Notes: generated by a model not told the origin, from the sequence alone. DNA of 63,958 nucleotides, filler included, from Thermodesulfobacteriota bacterium (GCA_036381125.1; 5 parts of 5 records of this genome joined end to end with filler, not necessarily neighbours in it), one strand, 5' to 3'; numbered from the whole stretch's first letter, positions 52,630 to 61,761 are shown. A program made the numbers and translations.

Positions 52630-53286
52630 TCAGGCGACCGACTTGCGGCTGAGGTACCAGTCGGTGACCTTGAGGTTCTTGTCGGCCACGCGCGCCTCGG
52701 CCGCCTGCTGGGTGGCAGGCGCCGGCACGATCACCTCGTCCCCCGGCCGCCAGTCGGCCGGCGTGGCCACCCCGTACCGGTCGGTCACCTGCAGCGAGTC
52801 GATCACCCGCAGGATCTCGTCGATGTTGCGCCCGGTCGACAGCGGGTAGTAGAGCAGCGCCCGCAGCTTCTGCTCCGGGTCGATGAAGTACACGCAGCGC
52901 ACGGTCGAGGTCACCGCCATCGGCTCGTGCACCATGCCGTAGAGGCGCGCCACCTTCTGGTCCAGGTCGGCGATGACCGGGAAGCCGATCTTCACGCCGA
53001 AGTTCTTCTCGATGTCGCGGATCCAGGCGATGTGCGAGTAGACCGAGTCGACCGACACGCCGATGAGCTGCACCCCCCGCCGCTCGAACTCGGCCTGGCG
53101 CTGGGCGAAGCCGCCGAACTCGGTCGAGCAGACGGGGGTGAAGTCGGCCGGGTGCGAGAAGAGGAGCACCCACTTGCCCTTGAAGCTGGACAGCTTGATG
53201 GGCCCCTGGGTGGAGTTGGCCTCGAAGTCGGGCACCGGCGCGCCGAGCTGGAGGACCGGCCGCGCGCTCACGTTCTCTGTCGTCAT
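52630..53286 (-). CDS. Peroxiredoxin, Prx6 subfamily
   Basis: 'FSHPADFTPVCSTE', 'YYPLSTGRN', 'TPADW'. Confidence 0.92.
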   Translation of the reverse strand: MTTENVSARPVLQLGAPVPDFEANSTQGPIKLSSFKGKWVLLFSHPADFTPVCSTEFGGFAQRQAEFERRGVQLIGVSVDSVYSHIAWIRDIEKNFGVKIGFPVIADLDQKVARLYGMVHEPMAVTSTVRCVYFIDPEQKLRALLYYPLSTGRNIDEILRVIDSLQVTDRYGVATPADWRPGDEVIVPAPATQQAAEARVADKNLKVTDWYLSRKSVA

Positions 53287-53319
53287 CGTTCTCTCTCCCT
53301 TTCCTTCCGCCGAACGCCG

Positions 53320-53353
53320 AAACGAAAAACGCCACGAGCGGGGCTCGTGGCGT
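53320..53353 (-). terminator. Intrinsic terminator of a putative attenuator
   Basis: Minus strand ACGCCACGAGC-ccc-GCTCGTGGCGT followed by TTTTCGTTT. Confidence 0.8.
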
Positions 53354-53394
53354 CCGGAAGATGCAAGAACTGTCGTCGGGGGGCGGACGGTAGC

Positions 53395-53514
53395 CTACGC
53401 GTCGGCCTGATCGCCCCTCCGGGCACTCCCGGACGGCCACGGCGCCGCTTGGGCGCCACAGCAACAGGGACACGCGCACAGGGCGCCAGCCATGTCCGGA
53501 AGAGGCCTGATCAT
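53395..53514 (-). CDS. Cys-rich leader peptide MIRPLPDMAGALCACPCCCGAQAAPWPSGSARRGDQADA
   Basis: 5 Cys codons within 7; lies between a promoter and a terminator upstream of cysteine genes. Confidence 0.7.
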   Translation of the reverse strand: MIRPLPDMAGALCACPCCCGAQAAPWPSGSARRGDQADA

Positions 53515-53520
53515 GTGCTC

Positions 53521-53549
53521 ATGCTCGCAGACGAGGCCCCGGCTGTCAA
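53521..53549 (-). promoter_or_regulatory. Promoter TTGACA-N17-GAGCAT, placing +1 at about the leader ATG
   Basis: Perfect -35; -10 keeps the -11A and -7T; ATG 6 nt downstream. Confidence 0.55.
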
Positions 53550-53605
53550 TTGCCCCGCCCCGGGGCCCGGGCCCCGGGTCGCGGCCGCGACGCCCCGCCT
53601 CGCCG

Positions 53606-54598
53606 TCAGGTGCGCCGAAGGTACCCGTTGGACTCGAACCACTGCACGGCCCGGGCGACGGCTCCCTCGATGGGTGACTGGGGGAGCCCCAGCTCCGCGA
53701 CCGCCCTGGCCGAGCTGAAGTACATGGACCTCGCGGCCATCCGGACCCCCTCGAGGGGGATCCGGGGGTGACGGCCCGTGATCCGGTCGGCAACCATCTG
53801 GCTCACCCAGGCCGCCGGGAGCACCGCGGCGACCGGCAGGCGCAGGCGCGGCGCCCGTCGGCCGGCGGCCGCGGCCACCAGCCCGAGGAACTCGACGAGG
53901 CGCATGTTGCGGTGGCCGAGGATGTACCGCTCCCCGACCCGGCCCTTCTCGGCGGCGAGCAGGTGGCCGACGGCGACGTCGTCGACGTCGACGAAGTTCA
54001 GGCCGGTGTCGACGTAGGCGGGCATCCGGCCGGTCAGGAGGTCGACGATGATCCGCCCGGTCGGCGTCGGCTTGACGTCGCCCGGCCCAACCGGCGTCGA
54101 GGGGTTGACGATGACGACCGGCACGCCCCGGCGCGCCGCCGCCTCGGCCTCCCGTTCCGCGAGGAACTTGCTCCGCTTGTAGTGGCCGACCATCTCCTCG
54201 AGACGGACCGGCGTCGTCTCGGTCCCGACGCCGCCCCGCGGGACGCCGAGGGCTCCCACGGAGGAGGTGTAGACGATGCGTCCGACGCCGGCCCGGTGGG
54301 CGGCGGCCAGGAGATGGCGCGTCCCGTCGACGTTCGACGCGTAGAGCGCCGCGGGGTCACGGGTCCAGAGCGCGTAGTGTGCGCCGACGTGGAAGACGAG
54401 CTCGCACCCGGCGACCGCGCGGGCGAGCGACTCCGGGTCGCGCAGGTCCCCCTCGACCCGCTCGACGTCGAGCCCCGCGAGGAGCCGGGTGTCGGAGCCG
54501 GGGCGGACGAGCACGCGCACCCGGTCGCCGCGAGCGACGAGGCGGCGGACGACCGCGCTGCCGATGAACCCGGTGCCGCCCGTGACGAGGGTGCTCAT
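53606..54598 (-). CDS. hpnA: Hopanoid-associated sugar epimerase
   Basis: TGGTGFIG, YKRSK, 'VNPSTPVGPGDVKPTPTG'; cluster context. Confidence 0.88.
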   Translation of the reverse strand: MSTLVTGGTGFIGSAVVRRLVARGDRVRVLVRPGSDTRLLAGLDVERVEGDLRDPESLARAVAGCELVFHVGAHYALWTRDPAALYASNVDGTRHLLAAAHRAGVGRIVYTSSVGALGVPRGGVGTETTPVRLEEMVGHYKRSKFLAEREAEAAARRGVPVVIVNPSTPVGPGDVKPTPTGRIIVDLLTGRMPAYVDTGLNFVDVDDVAVGHLLAAEKGRVGERYILGHRNMRLVEFLGLVAAAAGRRAPRLRLPVAAVLPAAWVSQMVADRITGRHPRIPLEGVRMAARSMYFSSARAVAELGLPQSPIEGAVARAVQWFESNGYLRRT

Positions 54599-55593
54599 TC
54601 GGCCCGAGCGATCCCCCGGCGCGTGCGGCCGCGGCGCGAGAGGAGCGCAAGCCCGATGCCGGCCCAGAGCAGCTCGCGCGCCCGGCGCAGGACGCTGTAG
54701 CCGACCGAGACGGCGAGCGGGTAGCCGAACCCGGCGAACACCAGCACGTTACCCCCCTCCTGCCCGCCGAGCGACGCCGGGATCACGAAGGTGACCGCCT
54801 TGGCGAGCCCCGAGAGCGCCTCGATGGCGAACGCGGCCTGGAGGTCGACGGACAGCCCCATGAGCGTGAGGATCGTCCAGGTCTCGGCCGTGCCGGCGAT
54901 CCAGGCGAGGAGATAGACGGCCGCCGACTGGTAGAGCCGCGCGCGGTCCTCGCGGTAGGAGCGCGCCACCCGCGCGTCGAGGTCGGCGATCGCCCCCGCC
55001 CGCGTGGCGGCCCACGCGGGGCGCAGGCCGGCGCGCTCCGCGAGCCGCATCAGGCCGCCGACGAACCCCTCCCGCTGGCGCCGCACGAGCCAGGAGACGC
55101 CGACCGCCGTGGCGGCCACGACGGCCGCGACCGCGGCCAGGAGGCTCGAGTCTCCCTCGAAGCGGCCGAGCGCCACGGCGACCCCGATCGTGACGAACAG
55201 CACCTGGGCGGCCGTCATGAGGGTGCGACCGATGATCACCGACGAGAGCCCCTCGGCCACCGGCACGGCCGGCGCCAGCCGGATCGCCTTCACCGGCTCG
55301 CCTCCGACGTACGCGGTCGGCGTGAGCGTGTTCACCGCCTCGCCGCTCAGCCGGGCCTCGAGGAGGGCGAGGAAGCCCACCCGCGCCGACCTCGGCAACG
55401 TGAGCCGCCAGGCGACGGTGTCGAGGAGCTGGACGACGGCCGACGGCACGAGGAAGAGCGGCCAGAGCGGCCCCATCGCTCCGAGGCGCTCGACGATGGC
55501 GGCAGGCCCGGCGTACCAGACGAACGCCACGAGGACGAGGACGCCGGTCGCGAAGAGCAGTCGCCGGGCCGCCCGTGAGGCGAGCCAGGCCAC
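54595..55593 (-). CDS. Flippase-like membrane protein (LPG synthase TM family, HpnL-like)
   Basis: 'GEAVNTLTPTAYVGGEPVK', 'IPASLGGQEGG', 'RRARELLW'. Confidence 0.78.
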   Translation of the reverse strand: MAWLASRAARRLLFATGVLVLVAFVWYAGPAAIVERLGAMGPLWPLFLVPSAVVQLLDTVAWRLTLPRSARVGFLALLEARLSGEAVNTLTPTAYVGGEPVKAIRLAPAVPVAEGLSSVIIGRTLMTAAQVLFVTIGVAVALGRFEGDSSLLAAVAAVVAATAVGVSWLVRRQREGFVGGLMRLAERAGLRPAWAATRAGAIADLDARVARSYREDRARLYQSAAVYLLAWIAGTAETWTILTLMGLSVDLQAAFAIEALSGLAKAVTFVIPASLGGQEGGNVLVFAGFGYPLAVSVGYSVLRRARELLWAGIGLALLSRRGRTRRGIARAE

Positions 55594-55596
55594 GCG

Positions 55597-56565
55597 TCAG
55601 CCCGCCTCCCCCGCAAAGGCCGCGAGGAGCGCCTCGAGGGCCCGCGCCGCGCGCGCCGCGCGAATGCCGGTGCCGACCAGGACCGGCAGCGACGCCGGAC
55701 GGCGCGCGAGATACCCGAGCGCGCGGTACAGCGGCGCGCGGCCGTCCGGGCTCACGAGCCGCCAGGCCTCCTCCGGGAGCGCGTCGCCGGCGGCGTCCGA
55801 GACGACGCGCACGGCGAGGAACGGCACGGACGCCTCCGTCGCGGCGCGCGCGACGCCGGCCGACTCCATGTCGACGGCGATGGCGCCGCTGTCGGCCGAC
55901 GCGGCGACCTTGTCGGCCGGCGTCGCCCGGACCCTTGCGACCGAGAGGAGCGGCCCGACGCGGAGGGGGAGCCCGGCGCGCCGCGCCGCCGCCGAGATGG
56001 CGGCCGCGAGCGAGGCCGACGGCCACCAGTGCGCCCGCAGCGTGGGGTCGACCACGGGATCGCCGATGACCACGTCGCCGACCGCGAGGGCCGGATCGAG
56101 GCCGCCGGCGAAGCCGACCGACAGCACGGCGGCCGGCCGTGCGGCCTGGATGGCCGACACGGCGGCGCCCGCGCCGAGCGGGCCGCCGGCCAGCCCGGTC
56201 CGCACGACCAGGATCGACGGGCGAACGCGCCCCTCGGGCGGCGCCCACACGAGCCCGGCGAACGGCATCGGCGCCGTCGGCACGAGTCGCGCGGCTCCGC
56301 GCAGCGCGCGGCCGAGCGCCTCCTGCTCGACGGCGAGCGCGGTGAGGACGAGGAGCGGCCCCGGGTGCCGGTCCGACCGCCGCCGGCCGCGCACCGCGGC
56401 TGGCCGGTCGGGGGCGACCGGCGGCAGGCGCACGGCGCCGGCGCGCTCGGCGAGCGCGGGCCGCGGAGTGGGACGCGCGGCCGCGGGCGGCGCCGCGGGT
56501 TCCTGGTCGGGTCGTTGCGTGGAAGGTCCGCCGTGGGCTGGATGCCGCGGTCGGGTCCCGTTCAT
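55597..56565 (-). CDS. hpnG: Nucleoside phosphorylase family protein, HpnG-like (start uncertain)
   Basis: 'SVGFAGGL', 'VDMESA', 'VRVVSD'; directly after shc. Confidence 0.72.
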   Translation of the reverse strand: MNGTRPRHPAHGGPSTQRPDQEPAAPPAAARPTPRPALAERAGAVRLPPVAPDRPAAVRGRRRSDRHPGPLLVLTALAVEQEALGRALRGAARLVPTAPMPFAGLVWAPPEGRVRPSILVVRTGLAGGPLGAGAAVSAIQAARPAAVLSVGFAGGLDPALAVGDVVIGDPVVDPTLRAHWWPSASLAAAISAAARRAGLPLRVGPLLSVARVRATPADKVAASADSGAIAVDMESAGVARAATEASVPFLAVRVVSDAAGDALPEEAWRLVSPDGRAPLYRALGYLARRPASLPVLVGTGIRAARAARALEALLAAFAGEAG

Positions 56566-56570
56566 GCCGG

Positions 56571-58562
56571 TCACCCCGCGCTGCGGACGGCCTTCGCGTA
56601 GAGGCCGAGCGCCCAGAGCGGAAACGTGTGCCGGTAGAGATGGTACCGCAGGTAGAAGACCCGCGGGAAGCCGGTGCCGGTGAAGGCCTCCTCGTCCCAC
56701 GTCCCGTCGGGCCGCTGCGTCGCCACCAGGTAGTCCACGCCGCGCGCCACCGCCGGGTGCCGCGCCATGCCGGCGTGCAGCAGCCCGAGCAGCGCCCAGG
56801 CCGTCTGCGAGGGGGTCGAGAGCGCCTCGGCGTCCCGGCCTTCGGCCTCGTAGCTGGCGCACGACTCGCCCCACCCGCCGTCGGCGCGCTGCCGGGCGAG
56901 GAGCCAGTCGACCGCCCGCCGCACGTAGGGCTGGTCCATCGGCTCGCCGATGGCGGCGAGCCCGGCCAGCACCGACCAGGTGCCGTAGAGGTAGTTGACG
57001 CCCCAGCGGCCGTACCACGAGCCGTCGGGCTCCTGCTCGCGGCGCAGGAACGCGATGGCCCGCGCCGCCGGGCCGAAGCGGCGGTCGTAGCCCACGTGGG
57101 CCAGGACCTCGAGGCAGCGCCCCGTGAGGTCGGCCGTCGGCGGGTCGAGCAGCGCGCCGTGGTCGGCAAAGGGGATCTGGTTCAGCACGAGCCGGTCGTT
57201 GTCCACGTCGAAGGCGCCCCACCCGCCGTTCGACGACTGCATGGCGAGCAGCCACGCCACGCCGCGGCGGACCGCCTCGGCCTCGGCCGGCGTCGTCGGC
57301 CGCGCGGCGCGCGTCATGGCGAGGAGCACCGCCGCCGTGTCGTCCACGTCCGGGTACCATGCGTTCTCGAACTGGAACGCCCAGCCGGACGGCTCGGCGG
57401 GCCGCGCGCGGTCGGCCCAGTCGCCCCGGCGGCGGACCTCCTTCGACGCGAGCCAGGCCGCGCCCCTGGCGAGCGCCGGGTGCGACGGCGCCAGCCCTGC
57501 CGCGCCGAGCGCGTTCATCGCGAGGGCCGTGTCCCAGACGGGCGAGAGGCAGGGCTGGACGCGCAGCCGGGCGGAGTCCTCGACGACGAGGCCGTCGAGC
57601 GCCGCGAGGCCGCGCGCGACGAGCGGATCGTCGAGCGGACGGCCGAGGTAGTGGAGCGCCATGACGGCGCCCGCCATGGCGGGGTAGATGGCGCCGAGCC
57701 CCCCCTCCCCCATGCGCGGCGTCATCCAGGCGAGGGCGGCCTCGATGGCGCGAGCACGCAGGCGCCCGCCCGCCGACCGCTCGTACCACTTGACCCCGCG
57801 CTCGGCCAGGAGGAAGAGGTTGCGCCAGGAGACGAGGGGGGCCGAGAGGCGGGGCAGCGGCGGCGCCTCGTCCGCCGCCGACCGCACCAGCTCGCCGCGG
57901 CCGACGTCCCCCGGCAGCCGGCGCACGGCGCGCAGCGACGCCAGGATCGAGAGCGGCACGAGCACGGTGCGCGACCAGTAGGACATCGCGCCGAGATGGA
58001 ACCAGGCCCAGCGCGGCAAGAGGACGATCTCCACCGGGATCGCCGGGACGCTCCGCCAGTCGAACTGCCCCACCATCGCGAACTGCGCCTTCGTGAAGGT
58101 GTTGACCGCGGGGAGCCCGCCCAGGTCGAGGACGAACCGGCGGGCGCGGCGCAGCGCGCGATCGTGCGCCGGGTAGCCCGCCGCCCGGAGCGCGAGGTAC
58201 GCCTTGGCCGTGGAGGAGACGTTGCTCGGCCCGCCGTGGTAGATGGGCCACCCGCCGTCGATCTGCTGGCGGTCGAGGATGAAGTACGCGGCCTTGCGCT
58301 CCTGGATGTGCCGCACCTGGCCGATGAAGTGGCGCATCAGGAGGTATTCGGCCGTGATGCTCACGTCGGCCTCGAGCTCGGCCACCCAGTGACCGTCCTC
58401 GTGCTGGCGCGCGAGGAGCCAGGCCGCCGCGCGCTCGATGGCGCGATCGACGCCGGCCGGCGGCGCCTGGACGGTGAGGTCGGCGGGCCAGTGCGCGCCG
58501 CGCCGCGGCGCGCCTCCGGACGGCGGCGCGCCGAAGCGGCTGATCAGGGAGAGGAACCGCAC
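56571..58562 (-). CDS. shc: Squalene--hopene cyclase
   Basis: 'SPVWDTA', catalytic 'YPDVDDTA', QW repeats, 'TGTGFPRVFYL'. Confidence 0.96.
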   Translation of the reverse strand: MRFLSLISRFGAPPSGGAPRRGAHWPADLTVQAPPAGVDRAIERAAAWLLARQHEDGHWVAELEADVSITAEYLLMRHFIGQVRHIQERKAAYFILDRQQIDGGWPIYHGGPSNVSSTAKAYLALRAAGYPAHDRALRRARRFVLDLGGLPAVNTFTKAQFAMVGQFDWRSVPAIPVEIVLLPRWAWFHLGAMSYWSRTVLVPLSILASLRAVRRLPGDVGRGELVRSAADEAPPLPRLSAPLVSWRNLFLLAERGVKWYERSAGGRLRARAIEAALAWMTPRMGEGGLGAIYPAMAGAVMALHYLGRPLDDPLVARGLAALDGLVVEDSARLRVQPCLSPVWDTALAMNALGAAGLAPSHPALARGAAWLASKEVRRRGDWADRARPAEPSGWAFQFENAWYPDVDDTAAVLLAMTRAARPTTPAEAEAVRRGVAWLLAMQSSNGGWGAFDVDNDRLVLNQIPFADHGALLDPPTADLTGRCLEVLAHVGYDRRFGPAARAIAFLRREQEPDGSWYGRWGVNYLYGTWSVLAGLAAIGEPMDQPYVRRAVDWLLARQRADGGWGESCASYEAEGRDAEALSTPSQTAWALLGLLHAGMARHPAVARGVDYLVATQRPDGTWDEEAFTGTGFPRVFYLRYHLYRHTFPLWALGLYAKAVRSAG

Positions 58563-58575
58563 GCCGCGCCCCCGG

Positions 58576-59586
58576 CTACGCGGTGAGTTGCCACCTGATC
58601 ATCTTGGGCAGGTCGGTGAGCGCCATCTCGCGCACGACCGTCGGCTCGACGCTGCAGTGCGCCATGCAGTTCCGGCAACGATCGTCGCGCCGGTTCTCGT
58701 ACTTGTCCCAGTCCGTGCGCGCCATGAGCTCCTCGAACGTCTTGTAGTGCGCGTCGGTGATGAGATAGCACGGTCCCTTCCACCCGCTGGGGGTGAAGGT
58801 CACGTTCCCCCACGGCGTGCAGCGGTACTCGCGCTTGCCCTCGAGGAACTCCATGTAGAGCGGCGTGTTCTCGAGCGGGAACTCGTCGGCGTGCGGGGCG
58901 ATCCGGCGGAACTTCTCCCGGATCACCTCCCGGGTGTCGAAGATGTCGACGCCCTTGAGGACCGTGTACTCGAAGGCCGGGGAGATGAGGTTGCCGTCGA
59001 CGCCGAGCCCCTTGAGGAACCGCATCAACTCGAGCACCTCGTCGGGGTCGGTGTCCTTGAACACCGTGGTGTTCGTGCAGACGCGGAAGCCGGCCGCCTT
59101 TGCCGCCTTGATCGCCTCGATCGCGATCCTGAACGTGCCCTTCCGGTTGAGGATGCGGTCGTGCGTCGCCTCCATGCCGTCGAGGTGCACCGCCCAGTTG
59201 AAGTAAGGCGAGGGCTTGAGCTTCGGCATGGTGCGCTGCATGAGGAGCGCGTTCGTACAGAGGTAGACGTGCTTCTTGCGCGCGACCACGCCCTCGACGA
59301 GCGGCACGATGTCCCGGTAGATCAGCGGCTCGCCGCCGCAGATGGAGACGATCGGCGCCCCGCAGGCATCGACCGCGGCGAGGCACTCCTCGACGCTGAG
59401 TCGTTCCTTGATGGTCGCTTCGTACTCCCGGATCCGCCCGCACCCTTCGCAGGCGACGTTGCAGAGCTCGGTCGGCTCGAGCATGAGCACGATCGGGTAC
59501 CGCGTGCGGCCGGCAAGACGCTGTTTGACGAGGTAGGTGGTCATCGACGCGTTCAGGGAGAGCGGATAGCGCATGCGAGACCTCAC
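58576..59586 (-). CDS. hpnH: Adenosyl-hopene transferase (radical SAM)
   Basis: 'LMLEP..CNVACEGCGRI', 'CTPWG', 'CRNCMAHC'. Confidence 0.92.
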   Translation of the reverse strand: MRSRMRYPLSLNASMTTYLVKQRLAGRTRYPIVLMLEPTELCNVACEGCGRIREYEATIKERLSVEECLAAVDACGAPIVSICGGEPLIYRDIVPLVEGVVARKKHVYLCTNALLMQRTMPKLKPSPYFNWAVHLDGMEATHDRILNRKGTFRIAIEAIKAAKAAGFRVCTNTTVFKDTDPDEVLELMRFLKGLGVDGNLISPAFEYTVLKGVDIFDTREVIREKFRRIAPHADEFPLENTPLYMEFLEGKREYRCTPWGNVTFTPSGWKGPCYLITDAHYKTFEELMARTDWDKYENRRDDRCRNCMAHCSVEPTVVREMALTDLPKMIRWQLTA

Positions 59587-60458
59587 CGTTCGGTCGGCCG
59601 ACTCGGCGGCGGCTCGGGCGAAGCCCGGCCGGCGTGCGAGCGATGCGGTGCATTATAGCGACTCTCTCGAAGGGACCGATCCAGCGGCCCTTGCGGTTGG
59701 CCGCTCGCGGCGCGACCGACACGCACGAGGAGCGCGACGGTCGGCACGAGCGTCACGGCGAGCCCCGCCGCGCCGAGCCGCCACTCGCCGACGGCGAAGG
59801 TCACGGCGAGATTGAAGGCGAGGACGCCGTAGTAGAGACCGACGCCGAGCCGAAGGCCGCCCGTCCCGAGCGGCCGCTCCGTGCCGCGGCGGGCGAGGAC
59901 GGCCTCGACGGCGGCGTGGCCGCCGATCCCGACGAGCCCGACGACGAACCACCCGGCGAAGTTCGCGGCCGGCACGCCGAAGTAGAACCCCTCGTGCGGG
60001 TAGGCGTAGATCAGACCGAGGAACCAGCGGTCCCCCCGCAGCGCGATCGGGTCGATGACGACGTCGAGGAGGGTGAGGAGCGCGGCGGCCAGCGCGACGG
60101 TGGCCGGGCCCCTGCTCGCGGCCTCACCCGGCGCCCGCGGCGCCCGGAGCACGATCGCCGTCGCGTACGCCGCGAAGGCGAGGAAGGTGAACGACAGGGA
60201 GTCCATGAACGGGACGTTCGCGACGTACAGCTCGCGGTCGCGCGTGTTCTCGAGGTAGGTGTAGAAGCCGAAGGGGATGCCGGTGCGCGTCGAGCTGTAC
60301 TCGGCCGCGAAGGCGGTGAGCCAGATCGTCGCGGTGAAGCGGGCGGTGCGCGCCGCGCCGAGCGCGACGCCGGCGGCGACGAGGAAGGCCGCGAGGAAGG
60401 CGAAGACGTACGGTCGGTAGAGGACCGTCTGCCAGAGGAGCCAGAGGACCTCGGCCAC
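59583..60458 (-). CDS. CruF/DUF422 'carotenoid biosynthesis' family membrane protein
   Basis: 'EYSSTRTGIPFGFYTY', 'DVVIDP', 'FGVPAANFAGW'. Confidence 0.78.
   Translation of the reverse strand: MAEVLWLLWQTVLYRPYVFAFLAAFLVAAGVALGAARTARFTATIWLTAFAAEYSSTRTGIPFGFYTYLENTRDRELYVANVPFMDSLSFTFLAFAAYATAIVLRAPRAPGEAASRGPATVALAAALLTLLDVVIDPIALRGDRWFLGLIYAYPHEGFYFGVPAANFAGWFVVGLVGIGGHAAVEAVLARRGTERPLGTGGLRLGVGLYYGVLAFNLAVTFAVGEWRLGAAGLAVTLVPTVALLVRVGRAASGQPQGPLDRSLRESRYNAPHRSHAGRASPEPPPSRPTER
59652..59657 (-). promoter_or_regulatory. TATAAT -10 box upstream of hpnH, inside the tail of the previous ORF
   Basis: Perfect TATAAT in a very GC-rich background. Confidence 0.4.
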
Positions 60459-60465
60459 CGTGCCC

Positions 60466-61380
60466 CTAGGATCGCCGGTCGACGACGAAGCGCGCGATCG
60501 CGGCGAGCGGACGTCCCGCCTCGCCGAAGGGCGCGAGCGCGTCGATCGCCTCGTCGGCCAGGCGCGCCGCCCTGGCCTTCGACGCCTCGAGGCCCGCGAC
60601 GGCCGGATAGGTCGCCTTGCCGGCCGCGGCGTCGCCGCCGGTCCCCTTGCCCATCGCCGCCGACTCGCCTTCGACGTCCAGCACGTCGTCCGCGATCTGG
60701 AAGGCGAGCCCCACGGCGGTTCCGTAGCGCCGCAGGGCCGCCACCTGCACCGGCGTGGCGCCCACGGCCAGGCCGCCGCCGACCACCGACGCCACGATCA
60801 GGGCGGCGGTCTTGCGAAGGTGGATGAACTCCACCTCCTCGAGCGTGACGGCGCGCCCCTCCCCCTCGAGATCCGCCATCTGCCCCCCCACCATGCCGGC
60901 AGGCCCGGCGCCGCGCGCGATCTCGGCCGCGGCGGCGAGCAGCCGGGCCGCGTGGACGTCGGGCGCGACGCCCGGCGGCGCCGCCGCCTCGGTCAGCACC
61001 CGGAAGGCCTCCGTGAGGAGGCCGTCGCCCGCGAGGATCGCCGCCGCCTCGCCGAAGACCTTGTGGTTCGTCGGGCGGCCGCGCCTGAGGTCGTCGTCGT
61101 CCATGGCGGGGAGGTCGTCGTGGATGAGCGAGTAGGTGTGGATCATCTCGAGCGCCACGGCCACCGGCATGGCCGCCGACGCCCGCTCGGCGTCGCCCCC
61201 CGTGACCGCCTCGGCGGCCGCGAGGGCGAGGACCGGGCGGATCCGCTTGCCGCCGGCGAAGACGCTGTAGCGCATCGCCCGGTGGAGCGTGGCCGGCGGC
61301 GTGCGCTCGGCCGGTAGCGCGGCGTCGAGCGCCGCGTCGACCGCGCGGGCGCGCGCCTCGAGGTAGGCGGACAGGTCCAC
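60466..61380 (-). CDS. ispA: Farnesyl diphosphate synthase (polyprenyl synthetase)
   Basis: GGKRIRP, 'SLIHDDLPAMDDDDLRRG', 'FQIADDVLD'. Confidence 0.93.
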   Translation of the reverse strand: MDLSAYLEARARAVDAALDAALPAERTPPATLHRAMRYSVFAGGKRIRPVLALAAAEAVTGGDAERASAAMPVAVALEMIHTYSLIHDDLPAMDDDDLRRGRPTNHKVFGEAAAILAGDGLLTEAFRVLTEAAAPPGVAPDVHAARLLAAAAEIARGAGPAGMVGGQMADLEGEGRAVTLEEVEFIHLRKTAALIVASVVGGGLAVGATPVQVAALRRYGTAVGLAFQIADDVLDVEGESAAMGKGTGGDAAAGKATYPAVAGLEASKARAARLADEAIDALAPFGEAGRPLAAIARFVVDRRS

Positions 61381-61384
61381 GCGG

Positions 61385-61678
61385 CTACTCCGGGTCGCCG
61401 CGCGATCCGCGCGAAGCGGCGGGGTCGAACGGCTCGGCGCGCAGCGAACCGTCCGGCTCCCGGAGCAGGATCTCGACGCGTTGCTCCGCCTGATCGAGCC
61501 GGCTCTCGCACTGGCGCGCGAGCCGGATCCCCTGCTCGAACGCCGCGAGCGCCTCCTCGAGCCCCAGCGTGCCGCTCTCGAGACGCGCGACGACCGCCTC
61601 GAGCGCCTCGAGGGCCGCCTCGAACGAGGGGGGGTCGTCGGGCGCCGCGCCCTTTCCGTTCTCGCCGTCGCTCGCCAC
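61385..61678 (-). CDS. xseB: Exodeoxyribonuclease VII small subunit
   Basis: '[30 protein letters not shown]'. Confidence 0.92.
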   Translation of the reverse strand: MASDGENGKGAAPDDPPSFEAALEALEAVVARLESGTLGLEEALAAFEQGIRLARQCESRLDQAEQRVEILLREPDGSLRAEPFDPAASRGSRGDPE

Positions 61679-61761
61679 GCCGCGTGCCTCCGGTCCCATG
61701 GAGACCACAAGGATGGGGCGGTGGGGCGCGGCCGTCAAGGCGCGACGTCATCGGTCGGCCC

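Noticed and set aside
53395-53514. Cys-rich ORF as a metallothionein or RiPP precursor
   Set aside because: The Cys residues form a single cluster, no modifying enzymes are adjacent, and the position between promoter and terminator with an antiterminator fits a leader peptide better.
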